Source of the DNA: Guillardia theta CCMP2712
Lineage: Eukaryota > Protista > Cryptophyta
DNA length: 64,000 nt
Assembly: GCF_000315625.1 (NCBI RefSeq)
Contig: NW_005434562.1
Coordinates: forward strand, 1 to 64,000
Reading direction: 5' to 3'
How positions within the stretch are numbered: position 1 is the stretch's first letter; each line of letters begins with the position of its first letter. Positions 43,999 through 57,400 of the stretch are shown piece after piece. Made by a program: the position numbers and the translations under genes. The notes below the pieces were generated by a model. That model had not been told where the DNA came from. It saw nothing but the letters and a program-made list of their open reading frames with translations, and did no database searches.

Positions 43999-44501
43999 GT
44001 CCAACGATCTGTGGAAAGACATTAGAAGATCAAGTGAGGGTGCTAGGTAAAACCGCTTCACAATTCATCATCAACACTTGCTTCACAATTCATCATCAAC
44101 ACGTGCAATACCATGATAGGAAGTAGAGACGTTTAGAGATCAAGGTCATTTCATGTCTTCTCCTGCTCTCCTCTCCACTCTCTTCCTTCTCTGCTTTCCC
44201 TGCTGCATCTTCTGCTGGAGTCAAATGAACCTGTCCCTCTCTGGGGCGGACTCGACCTGGGTAACTTGTGGTACTCAAAACTTGCTCGTACTGATCTATA
44301 GTAAAGAGGTATCATGGACTCGGACCTCGATCCTCAGTGAGTTTGCCGCCGTTACTGGTACAGCTTCGAGACCGCAAACCCGGTCGATCTAGTGAGTATT
44401 ACCAGTGTTACTCTTACATCTCGTTGATTGTAACACATACATGTATGTTATTGACATCCACATCTCACATATATTAACTTTTCATATTTCTCAGCTCCCT
44501 T

Positions 44502-44793
44502 TCAGGAGGACCACATTCTCATCAATGGCCGCAGGCAGCAGATGCAGCCGGGGCTGCTCGAGCTGACATCCCAAGCTTGTCGCTTCACGTTCCAGGTCGT
44601 CTCTCCAGTCTTCACGTTCCAGAAGTAGGCGCGTCCCCTCTGATCGATGACTCGCTCCCAGTCTTGTTGCTCTGAGTACACGACAGGAGGAGATGGCGGC
44701 GGAGGCGGAGGCAGCAGCTTCCGCTCCGAGGTCACCACCTCTGCTTTGCTCCTCGTTGACGTCAAGGAAGCTCTTCGAGTTCTTGAATGCTCT

Positions 44794-44849
<56 letters not shown>

Positions 44850-45519
44850 ATCCTGCTCTTGCTGTTCTTCGTCGTCATCGCTGTTGTCGTGTTTGTCACG
44901 GTCATGATGATGCTTGCGGAAATGATGAGGATTGCTTGAAAATTCATCGAGGAGCTGTTGCTCGCGCTGAGGACGAGGCTGAGCATTAAGATCAGGTTGC
45001 TTGTGTTGCCCATGTTGATTGCGATGCTCTTGTTCTTGATGACGACGGGAATGGTGAGGATGATGATGTCGTTGACGATGATGTCGATGATGTTGATGTT
45101 GATGTTGATGTTGATGATGATGATGATGATATCGATGCTCTTCCTCTTCCTCTTCCTCTTCCTCTTCCTCTTCCTCTTCCTCTTCCTCGTCCTCGTGATG
45201 CTGGACCAGCATCATCTGCTGTCTTTGTGGCAGCACCGGCCAAGCTGGATCCGAACCTTGCCAGTCCCTTCTCTGGGGGGTGACCTCTCGTTCCGAGCTT
45301 GAGCGATTCTTCAGCTGAGATTCCTGCTGGGCAGGAGTGATAGATCTGTTCCGACCATGTTCGACCTTGTTAGACCAGAAATTTTGACGTCGCAGGGCAT
45401 AATCATCTGCGATGGAAAATCATGGGCTACTCGTCGTCGTCGTCGTACTCCTCCTCGTCCTCGTCCTAGTCCTCGTCCTTGTCCTCTTGCTCTTGCTCTT
45501 GCTCTTGCTCTTGCTCTCC

Positions 45520-45574
<55 letters not shown>

Positions 45575-46698
45575 TCCTCTTCCTCCTCCTGCAGTCTCCA
45601 TACCGTCTTCAGCTTCCTCACCCTCGATGGTTCCCAGAGGAAGAATGTGAGGCTGAGCAAGGAAAGCCATCAGGGCTGGTCGACGTTGATGCGACTTCAC
45701 CTTCTCTTTAAGTATATCTACTCGTCTGCGCATGAGGAGCCTGGCGTTACCTCCGTCGAGTCTTCTCGGACTGTTGAGTAGCTCCCCACTCTTCGACCTG
45801 AGAACAGGCAGTAGGATGAGATGGGGAAGGGACCTTGTCTTCAGACTTACTTGTCTCCTTCGTGCGTCTCGCTGGACTCGATGTGATTTTCTGTCCCAAG
45901 TTTGTCAGCATGAGGATGGTCCTTCGACAGCAGCACCTGTGACGTGCTCTACTGCCTCCCTGCTCCTCTCCCTTGCTCTGCGCAGTCGTGCGTCGATCTC
46001 CTTGAGGGAAACCTCAACGTTCTCGAGCCCAAAGTTTGAGCTCAGTTGCTCCGGCGCTGGAATGGCAGAGTGAACAGGCGAACGTGGTTGTTGAATAGGA
46101 GGAGAGAGCAGGTTGTGAAGTGGAGGCGAGTGGAAGAGCGCGAGGGAGGGGAGAAGGGAGGAAGAACAAGGAGGGAGGGAGTGGAAGAAGCAAGGGAAGG
46201 GGAGGAAGGAGGAGCGAGGAAGGGAGCATGTGGGAGGAGGAGGCTGATCACTTACCAGGCCTTGATTTGCTGGGGAGTGCAACATCCAGGGTCGTTGCCT
46301 CCTCATCATTTCTGACACTTGAGATGGAGGTTTCAAGCTCTCTTGAGAAGGTTTCATCTTGAAATCGAATGCGGCGAGCGTCTGGGAAACGAGAGGGAGG
46401 AGAAGGATTGGTGTGAGGAAAAGCAGGAGGGGGAAAGAGGAGACCAAGATGGTCGAGGGGAAGGAGTAGGGTGGAGGACAGAAAAATGGTTGCGGGAAGG
46501 AAGGGAGGGAGAACAGGAGAAAGAGAAACAGGTGTGAGACGAGGAGCCGGGTAGAGGGAGGCTGGTGAGAAGAGAGAAGATTGTGAGTTTCGAACCTTTC
46601 TGAGGTGGTTTGTTCCTTCCAGCGAGGGAGATGAATGGAAACTGTGAAGGGTCAGAGTTGAACGATGAAAACAACAAAATCGACAGAAAGCTCGCTTT

Positions 46699-46731
<33 letters not shown>

Positions 46732-48584
46732 TTCCTTTCGGAGGCAAAGGTCGGACAGAGACAATCTCCTGTTTGATAGTAGGTAAGCAGAAACCTCAGC
46801 TCTCCTGCTCCTGCTCTCGCTTTTCTCCTCAACCCTAACTCTCCCTTCCTCCCTTCCTCGCTCTCTTCTTCTCACGCACGAACACATGCGCACATAAACA
46901 CACACTCCGCCCGTCCCTCGTTCCTTCGCTTTTGTATGTCTCCTCTTCGTATCTTCTCTGACCGGGTGCAGATTTTTCATGTAGGACTCCACAGCAGCAT
47001 CTGCTCCGGCACCTTCAGTTAGAAACCGAAGCAGCTCAGCTTGCGCTACTTGTCTTGTATGATGAAACGTTCCCCGTCGCTCGGGGGCTGAGGAAAATCT
47101 TTAGAGGAAAACGAGCACGAGGGGTGGGAAGTGAAGGAGAGGGAGATGGTTGATTGTGCGATGCAACAGCAGCGGTTGTTGTTGTTGTCGTTGTTGTTGT
47201 TTTTGTTGTTTTTGTTGTTGATGATGATGTTGTTGTTGTTGATGATGATATGGGTATGAAGCAATCCACCAATGCAGACATTAGGAAGGAGAGCTGTTGA
47301 TTTGAGGTGCACAGGGGGACAAGAGAAGGAGCGAGGGAGGATGATGGATGGAGCAAGTGAGTGTGGGAGGGAGTGCAAGGGATTGAGAGAAAGCCAAAGA
47401 AAACGAAGGCTTCAGAAATTCTGTGACATGTCTGCTACCTGACGATGTCGATCTGAAGCTCAAAAGTGTCAGCTGAAAGTCAGAGAGCGAATTAAGTCAC
47501 ATGAGATTCTGGTCTCTTCCTTTGCTGGTAATTTCCGTTGAGAACTGCAGGAGAGGGAGAGAAGGGAGCAGAATAAGAGAAGTTGAGAGCGGTTTAAGGG
47601 AGGGAGAAAGGAAGGGAAAGGAGAGAAAGCAAGTCGAAGGAGGGAGGGAGAGAAGGAAGGTGAGGGAGGGAGGGAGGGCAAAGAGGAAATGGAGTAAAGG
47701 ATTGGAGGAAGAGCGGGAGGTGGAGAAGGAGGAGAGGAAGTCAGTATTTTCCTCATCAAATTCCTGCCTCTCACCATCAAACGCGTGATGGATCTTGGAC
47801 TTGATCTCGCCAACATCGATATCTCCGGGGAAGCTCCTGACGTTCCCCCTTCTGTCCCTGGGAGAAAGGAGGGGGTTTGTGTGAGTCATCAGGGCGTTGG
47901 TGCTGCTGCGCTCCCTGCTCCTCCTCGTCGTAGTCCCTGCCTCCCCGTACGATCCTTCCCGCTGCTTCCCCCAGTCGTCGGTTGCCTCTGCTTCTTTCAC
48001 CGAGCTCATGTCAGGTAAGAGGGAGGACGGGGACAAGGAGAAGACCTCTGCTGTTCCTCCCAACCGGGAGGGACGCAAGTGTGATTGAGCTTTTCTTCTC
48101 GTAGATCTTGGAAAAACCTTGCACTCTCTGCTCGCCCGTTCAGCCTCCTCCACCTCTCAAGATCAAACTTCCTACTTGATGGCAAAGAGGGCAGTTTCGA
48201 CAAGATCGCGAGTGCTCTGTTCCCCACGTCACCGCATGCTCCGCCCTGCCGCACGCCTACCTTCGCAGACACACTTGTGCATGCACGGGAGGAGGGAGAT
48301 AGTCGCCGGGGCGTCCATGCAGATCAGACACCTGCATCGTGCCAGCAGACAGTCAAACGCTCTCCCTCGCTCCCTGAATTCACTCACCGGAGTACACTCT
48401 TTGTTCCCCGTTCGAAGGAGTCGTCATGAGGGCGAGGCAGGTCATAGGTCGAGGAGCGGCTGCTCGACACGGCTGAGATCCTTTCCTGTCCTCGTCTCGT
48501 GTTTTTCCGCGGGCTGTAAATGGTCAAAACCCCCTCCGGCACGTGACCCACTTGATCCCCCTCCATGACCCTCGCACTCCTCAT
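44502..48584 (-). CDS. Low-complexity protein with a C-terminal WW domain; multi-exon, ends approximate (last exons may extend to ~44160)
   Basis: DWERVIDQRGRAYFWNVKTGETTW is a WW domain; upstream exons with GT-AG borders (GDIDVGEIKSKIHHAF, FGLENVEVSLKEIDARL). Confidence 0.6.
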
Positions 48585-49259
48585 TCCCGTTGCTTAAACC
48601 AGATCATCGCCATCATGGCGGACGGTCGAACTGACACAAGGGATGAAGCCTGTCTCATCCTTGGTTTTGATGAGTTTTCTGTCTTCAGGATGGTATTTTG
48701 ATTTCGATCCGCGGCGTTGTTTACATTTCCGAACGTCCCTCCTAGAGATGATCTTGCGGATCTCCTGTCTATCATCAACGAGAATTCATGACATCACATC
48801 TATCAGATCATTTTCTCATTACAGCTTCTTTCCCTGTACTCCTCTTTCTTTCTTTTCCTGTCAATCCTCATCCTCTGCCTAGATGTCCCTCGCTATGTCT
48901 GGACCTGGCATTCCTACATTGACTGGCTCCTGGCTTTCCTACATTGACTGGCTTCGTCTCTATTTCCTCTCCTCACGCCTTGATCCGCTGCTTCTCGACC
49001 TGCCTGCCTGCCCAAAAACTGTTACCTGCGCGTCATGAATTCTTGCACTGACTAAACCCCACTTCCCCTCGCTGCCTCGTTGCATTCTCCTCCCCTTCGA
49101 TCCAATCTTTACCTGCTTCTCTTCTTGTAGTAGAGTTTCCTTTGCCTCGGCTTCGCTCTCCTCTCCTACTCTCCTCCTCCTCCTGCCCCGCCCTCCTATC
49201 CCCTGCGCGCTGGACTCGCATTCCTTTACCGCCCTGCAGACCGCCCTGGGCCTTTTGTC

Positions 49260-49690
49260 ATCTGTACCCCACCCCCTTCATTCCTAGTAGCTGCAGGAGC
49301 ATTTGAGGGGTGATCGGTTTTCTGGTTGGGGGCTCACTCAGGGTGGGTAGTGACAGGATTTGAAGGGGTCTATAAAAGTTGTATGAGGGGTGAGGGTGAC
49401 TACCCCTACCCACAAAAATGGAGTAAGTTGTAGAGATATTACTCAAGTCATTGTCAACAGAAAACAGGTCAACTGACAAACTATTAAAATTGTGGGGTGG
49501 GTAGTTGAGCACCCCTCATGGGTGGTCCTTGCTAATCTGTGGGTAGGGGGTCATACCCACCAGTAACGAATCCTATTCAAACAGCCAAAAAGTACCCCTG
49601 TTTGAGCTGCACTAACAACAACAATTTGACGACCCCTGTGATATCCTCTGATTTGTCGGGATCACCCCACCCCACCCCTACACCCACAGC
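49260..49690. promoter_or_regulatory. Divergent intergenic region with GGGGT (mostly left) and ACCCC (mostly right) arrays
   Basis: CACCCCACCCCACCCCTACACCCAC directly before ATG 49695; many GGGGT motifs at 49305-49552. Confidence 0.45.
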
Positions 49691-49694
49691 CGCC

Positions 49695-52600
49695 ATGCTT
49701 GCGCTTCATGGAGGGCAGGGACGGAGCGGCCATGACAGAAATCCTCCTCCTCCTCCTCCTGGTGGATCGCAAGTTTCCCTCACGCCTCGTCCTCCTCACA
49801 ATGCATGGGGATCACATCAAACTTCTGCGCCGAACTCATGGGACTCAGCGCAAGACGTCTCTTACCGGAGAGGGCAGGAACAGTACACACTTGCGACTTC
49901 AGCTCCCTCTCCCGCTCCATCAGGAGACTCCTATATCCCTCCCACCCCCCCTCTTGATTCCAACATGCCGTCCTACAACGACCGCGGAGGCTTCACGCCT
50001 CGCCCGCCCCAGGAAAGTTCTAGAAGGAGCTCTGCGCCCAGCAGCACGCTCGATTATGATGAAAGCGCTTCCATGGCGAGAGGGTTCGGGGGAGATGCGA
50101 CATGGGAGGTGGTGTCTAAACATGCCATGCCCTTGAGCTGAACGTTTTGACAACAGCCCAAGAACGACGCGATGCTGGAAGAGAGAAGGAAGAAGGCCAT
50201 CAGGTCCTTGCAACAAAGAGCCATCCTTTGTTGTGAACCGGATGATTTGCAGGGAGAGAGAAAGAGAGGCCGTAGCAAGGCAGAGACATAAAGAGATGCT
50301 TGAGAGGTGAGCTTGCCGTTGGATATTTCTTGTCTCAAAATGAAGGACAATGACAGGAAAAGACAAGAGCAGTTGAAGGCGAAAGCTGAAGCAGAGAAGG
50401 AGATGAAGAAGAGGGAAGAAGAGATGAAGGCGCAGGACGACCAGCGGAAGAAGGAGATCGAGTTTGCAAGGTGAAGTGCTCTCAAGCTCGATCATCAGCT
50501 TGTCACTGCCATGCAGGTTGCAGAGACTAAGACAGAAGGAGATGGAGGAGGCGGAGCGGGAGGTGAAGAGAGCGACTGATGGGAGCGGCACCTGAGCGAG
50601 TCTTGTAGGCGGAGAAGAGGCGACAGGCCGAGCTGACGATGAAGAGGGAGAAGGCTCTGCAGCACCTTGATTCGCAGAGGTTGCGTGCCGCGGAAGAACA
50701 GTGAGGAGGAGGAGGAGGAGGAGATCTAGTGGGCAGTTGATTTTTGATGGAAGGCGGCGGAAGCGGGAGATGATATTGGAGAAGAGACAGCAGGCTGAGA
50801 GACTGCGCGAAGAGACTCAAAGATTGTAAGCTCGATCCCCTTGCTCGATGTGAGATGTTTCGTACAGCAATTCTTACTCAGTTACAAGGTATGAGGAAAG
50901 ACTGAAAGAAGAGAGTCAGAGAAGGTCCGATATCGTTGCTGCAATCGCAAGACACAGGTGAATATTTAGCTCATGTCCCTTGCCCTGTCTCGCTCTCCTT
51001 CTCCTTCTCCTTCATCATCACCATCATCAAATTGCGCGATCATAAACATCAGGCCTGGTCTTGGATTGATGGTCTTGTAATTGCCATCCGCAGGGAGACC
51101 AAGTTAGCGGAGATGGAAGCAAGGAAGAACAACCCATTACTGTAAAAGATCAAAACATCTCTCAGATCTGCTCTCTCAAATTCTTGCTTTCAGTAATCAG
51201 CAAGACGAAGAGTTGGCCGAGCTGGTTCAAGTATCTGCAACTGTGACAAGAATCGCGTCAAAGATTCATGAGATTCAAGTACAACCGTGTGTCAGGAGGC
51301 ATCGCAGATGTTATTGACATGTTGCCAGATCAAACGTGAGGAAACGAGACACAGACTGCTCGAAGCAAGGCACAGGGTTGAATTGCTGATTATGGATGAA
51401 CATGATCATACGCTCAGTCTTGAAGAGGTGAAGCATTTTGAGATGGTGGTGGTAGTGGTGGTGATGATGATGATGAAGACGATGGAGATGATGATGATGA
51501 TGATGGATATGATGATGATGATGATGATGACAACGACAACTACGACCACGATAACGACCTGGACGATACAATAAGACTTCCAAGTGCACTTGTAATCTGA
51601 AGCATGCCTGTGTCATGATGTCACATGAAAACGACCTTCTGCTTGTAATCCATCACAATAGGCTGAAGGAGACTTCTCGAAGTTGAAGGCTCATCAAGAG
51701 GCTCTTACTCGCCTGGTCACTTCCAGGTATTTGCTCCCTCCTCCTCGTCCATCTTCTGATTTTTCGGTTCAGGTATGACAGCGAAGTCTACGACAAGGTA
51801 AGAAGAAAAGTTTGAATACCTTGCAATTGGGTTCTTCAACCAAGCCCCACCCCAATTCCCCGACGTCGCCCCGCACCCCCCCCCTCCTCCTCCTCCTCCT
51901 CCTTCTCCTCTTGCTCATCCTCCTCCTCCTCCTCCTCCTCCTCCTCCTCATCATCATCATCATCAAACGCTGCTACCTCCTCTCTCCTCCCCGTCTTTCC
52001 TTCCCCTCTCGATCTCTAATGGTCTTCAAGGCTGTTGTCAACATCCAAAGAATATTCCGCGGAGCTCGAGATCGACTCATGTAAGTGAAACCCTCCCAAC
52101 CGTTTTCCTCCTCGCCATCGCCCTCGCCCTCGTCCACCTCCTCGTCCTCCTCCTTCTCCTCCTTCACGTCCTCCTCTTCCTCTTCCTCTTCCTCTTCCTC
52201 TTCCTCTTCCTCTTCCCTTCCTCGTCTCTTTCGTTGTCATCCTCGTTCTTTTTCTCTATCTAGTATTGTCTCTTGCCTTTTCCACTCCTCGTCACCGCGA
52301 GCCTCTTCTCCATGTCTTCAGTCTCGATGATTCTTTTCTCAGCGTGAAGCAGCGCAAGTCGACGGTCTACGAGCAGAGGCTGGAGGAGGCAGCAGTAGCG
52401 ATCCAGTCAAGGTTCCGAGGGATGATGGTGAGGGAGAGGGAGAGGGAGAGGGAGAGGGAGAGGGAGAGGGAGAGGGAGAGGGAGAGGGAGAGGGAGGGAG
52501 GAAGACGGAGAACGAGGGTTCTTTCTTTCCTCACTCCGGATCGCATGCAGTCTCGAACGGAGAGGAAGAAGAAGACGCAGAGGATACACAGCGAGAGGGA

Positions 52601-52876
52601 GCAAGCATCAATCAAAGTGCAGTCGCTCTTCAGGTCTCCCTGTGCATTCATGGGAGGAGGAGGTGACTGATGCGGTCGGGGCAGGGGCATGAAAGACAGG
52701 AGGAGGGCGCAGGAGCTGAGGGAGGAGAGGAGGCACGAGGAGCTTGTGCAGCGATCGATCATGAGGATTCAAGCATGGTGGAGGGCTCTCAAGGCGAAGC
52801 AGATGATGAGACTGCTGAAAGAGATGGAGGAGCTTCAGGTACCTCTTCTCTCTCCTGCTGCCTCCTTGCCCTTCGT

Positions 52877-52911
<35 letters not shown>

Positions 52912-54307
52912 TCCTCCTCCTCCTCCTCCTGCTTCCTCTCTTTCCCCCTTCCACCTCAACTATTTTTGCTTTCGCGTCTTCCTCTCGCAGTTTCCACTGA
53001 CTTCACCTCCTCGTGCAGCTCATCAACTTCAAGAAGGCTCAAGTGCAGCAGGAGAGCAAGAAGGTGAAGACCAAACCCTCCAAGCCCAAAGTCAAGACCG
53101 CACTCAATGATCACAGCACCTCCGGTTTCCTCTCGTCAGGTTCGCCTCACTCCTCCTTCACTCTCTTCCGTCTCTGCCTCCTCGTCTTTTTCTCCTCCTC
53201 GTCTTCTCCTCCTCTTCCTCTCACTCCTCCTCCTCCTCCTCCTCCTCCTCCTCCTCGTTTTCGTCTTCTCCCTCACGTCCTTGTTCCCATCCTCCTCCTC
53301 GCCCTGATCTCACGCTTCCTCCTGCCAGCCTCGTTCGTGGACATGGATTGGGTGACGAGGGAACAGCATCGAGCACATCAGAGAAAGGCGAAGTTGGAGT
53401 TCGAGATGAACCGCAAGAGTGGAGGAGAGCTCACCAAGATCTACCTCGACCCCATCGGTCCTCTCCTCTCCGTCTTGATAACCCACTGACACCCCCCAAT
53501 CCCCCCTGATCTCTGCTCCTGCTGCCTCCCCTCTCTATCCCCCCATCCCTATCGCCTCCCTCCTCCTCCCCTCCTCCTCCTTCCCTTCTCTCTTCCTCTT
53601 CTCCTGCCTCCCCCGCCTCCTCCCTCTTCCCCTTCTTGTCTTCCTCTCCTACTCCTCCTTCCTCCTTTCCTCTCCTGCTCCTCTCCTCTCCCTCCTCTCC
53701 GATCCTGATCCTGATTCTGATCCTCCTCCTCCTCCTGATCCGCTCTTCTCTCTCTCCTCCACCCCGTCACTTTCCCACATCTCATCTTTCTCCAGGACCT
53801 CGAGGGAGGGGCGGGCCCCGGCAGAAGAGGATGTTCATTCCCCTTCCAGCCACCGAGAAGGCTGTCAGCCTCTACCGCATCCCCTACAACCTCTCCGGTG
53901 ACGTCAGCACCTCCGACCTCCTCCGGGATGAGCACGACCCTCGGGCTCTCAAGATCAAGCACGAGGTCGACCTTAAGGCTATCCCGGTACTCCCTTCCTC
54001 GTCCTCGTCCTCGTCCTCGTCCTCCTCCTGCACCACCACCGACACCACCACCAGCACCAGAGACTGCTGCTGCTGCTCACCTCCACCTTCCCCTTGCCAC
54101 CACCACCACCACCACCACCACTTCTTCCTCGTTCTCCCCTCCCCTTCGCCTCCTTTCCAGCTGACTCTTGCCCGACAGCGGCCTATGGGAGAGGCTCCAG
54201 CGTACGCGAGGCAGAAGGACGGGAACTTCCCCGACCTAAACAGAGACCAGCAGTCTAACTTCACCCCCCGATGTAGCCCCGACGCTCCTGCTGTCAGCTT
54301 CATCTAA
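49695..54307 (+). CDS. Coiled-coil protein with four IQ calmodulin-binding motifs; multi-exon, 3' end approximate
   Basis: IQ motifs AVVNIQRIFRGARDR, AAVAIQSRFRGMM|SR, ASIKVQSLFR|GMKDR, SIMRIQAWWRALKAK; charged E/K/R-rich exons. Confidence 0.7.
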
Positions 54308-54412
54308 GTCCAGCTGCACCCGAGCTGGAGGGCAGGGAGGCACCAGATGTAGACTAAAGTGAACCAGCGGCGCTGCTGCCTCAAGACAATATGACAACCT
54401 TTATTACAAAGC

Positions 54413-57400
54413 TCAGCAGTTGGTCCAGTCTAACGTTGACACCGAGTTGGTCTGCGCTGTTTGCGCCTTCTTCGTACAGAGAACCTGTGCCGGTCTCAGG
54501 GAAGAGCAGGAAGGAGGGAGGACGGCGGCAAGAGGAGGGAGGACGAGAGGAAAAGGAGCAGGAAGAAATGGAGGGCAAGGAGAAGGGAGGAGCGGAGCGA
54601 GGAAGGAGAGGGGGGCAGGAGGGGGGGGAGAGAGAGCAAGCCATACACTCATCTCTAGCAGCGCTTTCTCGATGGCAGCTGCAAACGCTTGTGAGCTTGC
54701 TGGGCTCTCCTCCTCCAGCTCCTCGACCGCCGAGCTCTCCCCTCTCCTGCATGGCATGCATGTCAAGAGCTGGACCTCAGCTGGACCCTCCCCCCACCTG
54801 TAGCAGACATGGAAGTAGATGTTGTCCTCGTTGACAAGGTATGACACCGCATACCCGTCCTCTGCAACCGGCCCGAACCCCCCGCTGGGCCCTCGCTGAC
54901 CTCATTCGTCAGCTCCTCCCCAGCTGGGATCCACCTTCCACACCTGTGCGGGCGCCTGACTCGTCCAGAGCTTGACAGGGAGCGTGAAAGCTTCGTCCTC
55001 CAGCTCCGCACATGACACCCCGAGCTCCTTCGCCATCTGCTGTGGGAGTCAAGGAGAGAACGAGCGACTGAAGAAGCAACGAGATGGAGCGGAGGAAGGA
55101 GAGGAAAGCAGAAAAGTGAAGGGTAGGCAAAAGATGGGAGGAACGGAAGGAAACCATTGCCACAGTGAATGAGCTGGAGATTAAGCAGAGAGGTGGGAGC
55201 AGGAGAAGAAGAGGTGGGAGCAGGAGAAGAAGAGGAGCTAGAGAAGGAGGGAGAGGAGGAGGAGGAGGAGGAGGAAGACGGACCATCTTCAGTCCGAAGA
55301 GATGCTTATCCACTCCATTCCCGTTCATTGCATCCTTCACTCGCTCGACTTGCGTCACGCATGCCCTTCTCAGCAGGTGCAGCTTCGTCTCTGCTGCGGA
55401 GCTACAAGCGGCATGAGCACTGGGGGAAGGAGCCTCCTCCTCCTCCTCCTCCTCACCGATCCAGGTGTGCCATGGACTTGACGAACGCAACCGAGTCGCT
55501 CGAGACGGTCCTGCGTCAGACGAAGTGAGGAGTGGAGGAGAGAAGGAGGGAGGAAGAAGATATCAAGGAAGGCTGTGAGGACGTTGAGCGGAGGAAGAGA
55601 GGGAGGGCGGGAGGCAGGGGCAGGAAGGAGATCACGCAGGTCAAGCCTACCTTACGACTTCCGTTCGCCCGTGGAAGAACTGGCGGGTGTGAGCAGTCTC
55701 TGTGCTCAGCGTGATGCAGCCGTGCAGGCGGTAGTAGGCAAGTTGAAGAGCCATCTGCGTCATCGATAACTCACATGCAGAGGGGATGGGTGAGGTCAGG
55801 GCGAAGAGGAGGGAGGAAAAGAGAAAGAAGGGAAGGAAGATGGGACGGTGAAGAGGAGGAGGAAGGAGAGGAGGAGGAGCAGTTCCTGCACGAAGGCATC
55901 CGGAGACATCTCGCACTTCTTAATGAAACCTTGTCAAGAGTCAGAAGCCGTCTGAGAGCTCTAGGGCTCCTCCACCTTTCCCAAAGTATCGCATGTTGAG
56001 GACATGCAGGTCTGTCTTCGAGACCAACTCCTCGTACTTGATCGACGCCTGCCAGTCCACAACCCTCAGCTGCAGGTCAGCTGGCCACAGCCCAGGTTCC
56101 CCACCTTGTCAATCGCCTCGGCGATATCGGAGGAGAGCTTCCACTTCAACCGGATCGTCTTCACTTTCTTCGCCCCTCCCTGTCGCTCTGCCGAGTTTGT
56201 CGCGCAGTCGTCGTGGGGGACGGAGAAGTTGAAGGCGGCGTTCTCGTGGTCGTGCATGAAGCCGAAGAGATGGGAAGCCACTGGGGCGTCAGCCCAGGAC
56301 CTGGTGGGCGTGAGAAGCAGGTTCGTGCTGAGACTTCATCGACCTCTCGACGTTGACACCGGCCGAACCGTCCTCGTACACGATCAACTGCCAAGAGCTT
56401 CAGCGTCTCCTCAGATCCTCCAGCATGCGGCGACCTGGAACGACTTGTCGAACCAGCGGTTGCGCCCGTCGCCGATGAAACTGCATCGCAGTCATCAGCG
56501 TCCCTGCGATCCCCTCGCTCTTCTCACGTCATCCTCGCTTGTTCAGACAGCGACGTTGCGTACGCGCCTTCCAGGACGAGAACAAACATTGCCGTCTCGA
56601 TCTGCAGCTGAACATCAACAGATTCCCTTCAGGGCAGCGACCTGGTCTTACGATCGTCATCGAGCGCTCGTTCTCAGGGTCTACCTCGAACAACTTCGGA
56701 AAGATGTCAGCGACCTGCGCTTAAGTTCCTACTGGTCCAACCTTGAGACGGAGCCTCGCCCACGTGTCCCTCTCCTCTGATGTCAGAATGCCGACGGGCG
56801 GCTCTTGCTCGTGAGGCTGGAACATGATCGTCAGGCGAGCTGGTCCAACGTCATCCTGCCAGCCTCCAACCTGCAGTTGTTTGCAGTCCTCAATGATCGC
56901 CTTGATATTCTCCTGCAGCTCCTGGGGCAGCGATGAGGGCGGAAGGCACACAACAACCACAGAATCACCTGGACAGTGAGAGCGATCCCGTCGTCGTGAA
57001 AGACATTCATCTTGTACATCTGTCCCTTGATGAGGATAACAATGTGTGCACTCCTACGCAAACGCTCATGTCAACTCAGGCTCAAGCGAGGAGAAACCAC
57101 CTTGTCGGCAAGAATGTGAACAATTCATCGCAACCTTCTCGTGGTACCCTGCAGGTAAAGAACACACGACGATACTGGGATGACACGTTTCAAATGCAAA
57201 CATCTCAAGGCTTTTATGGCACCTGCCACATGCACAACGGCACATAACCCATGATCTGCAGAGGCTCGAGCTTCTCTCGGTTCTGTCGGGCGCATGTCAG
57301 CCTCTTACTTGTGCTCGAGCCTGTCTCACCAGGTGTCGCATGAATCTGATCGCCCCCGATACCAGCCAGGAAGCCCTCCAGGATTGCGAGCAGGAGCTGA

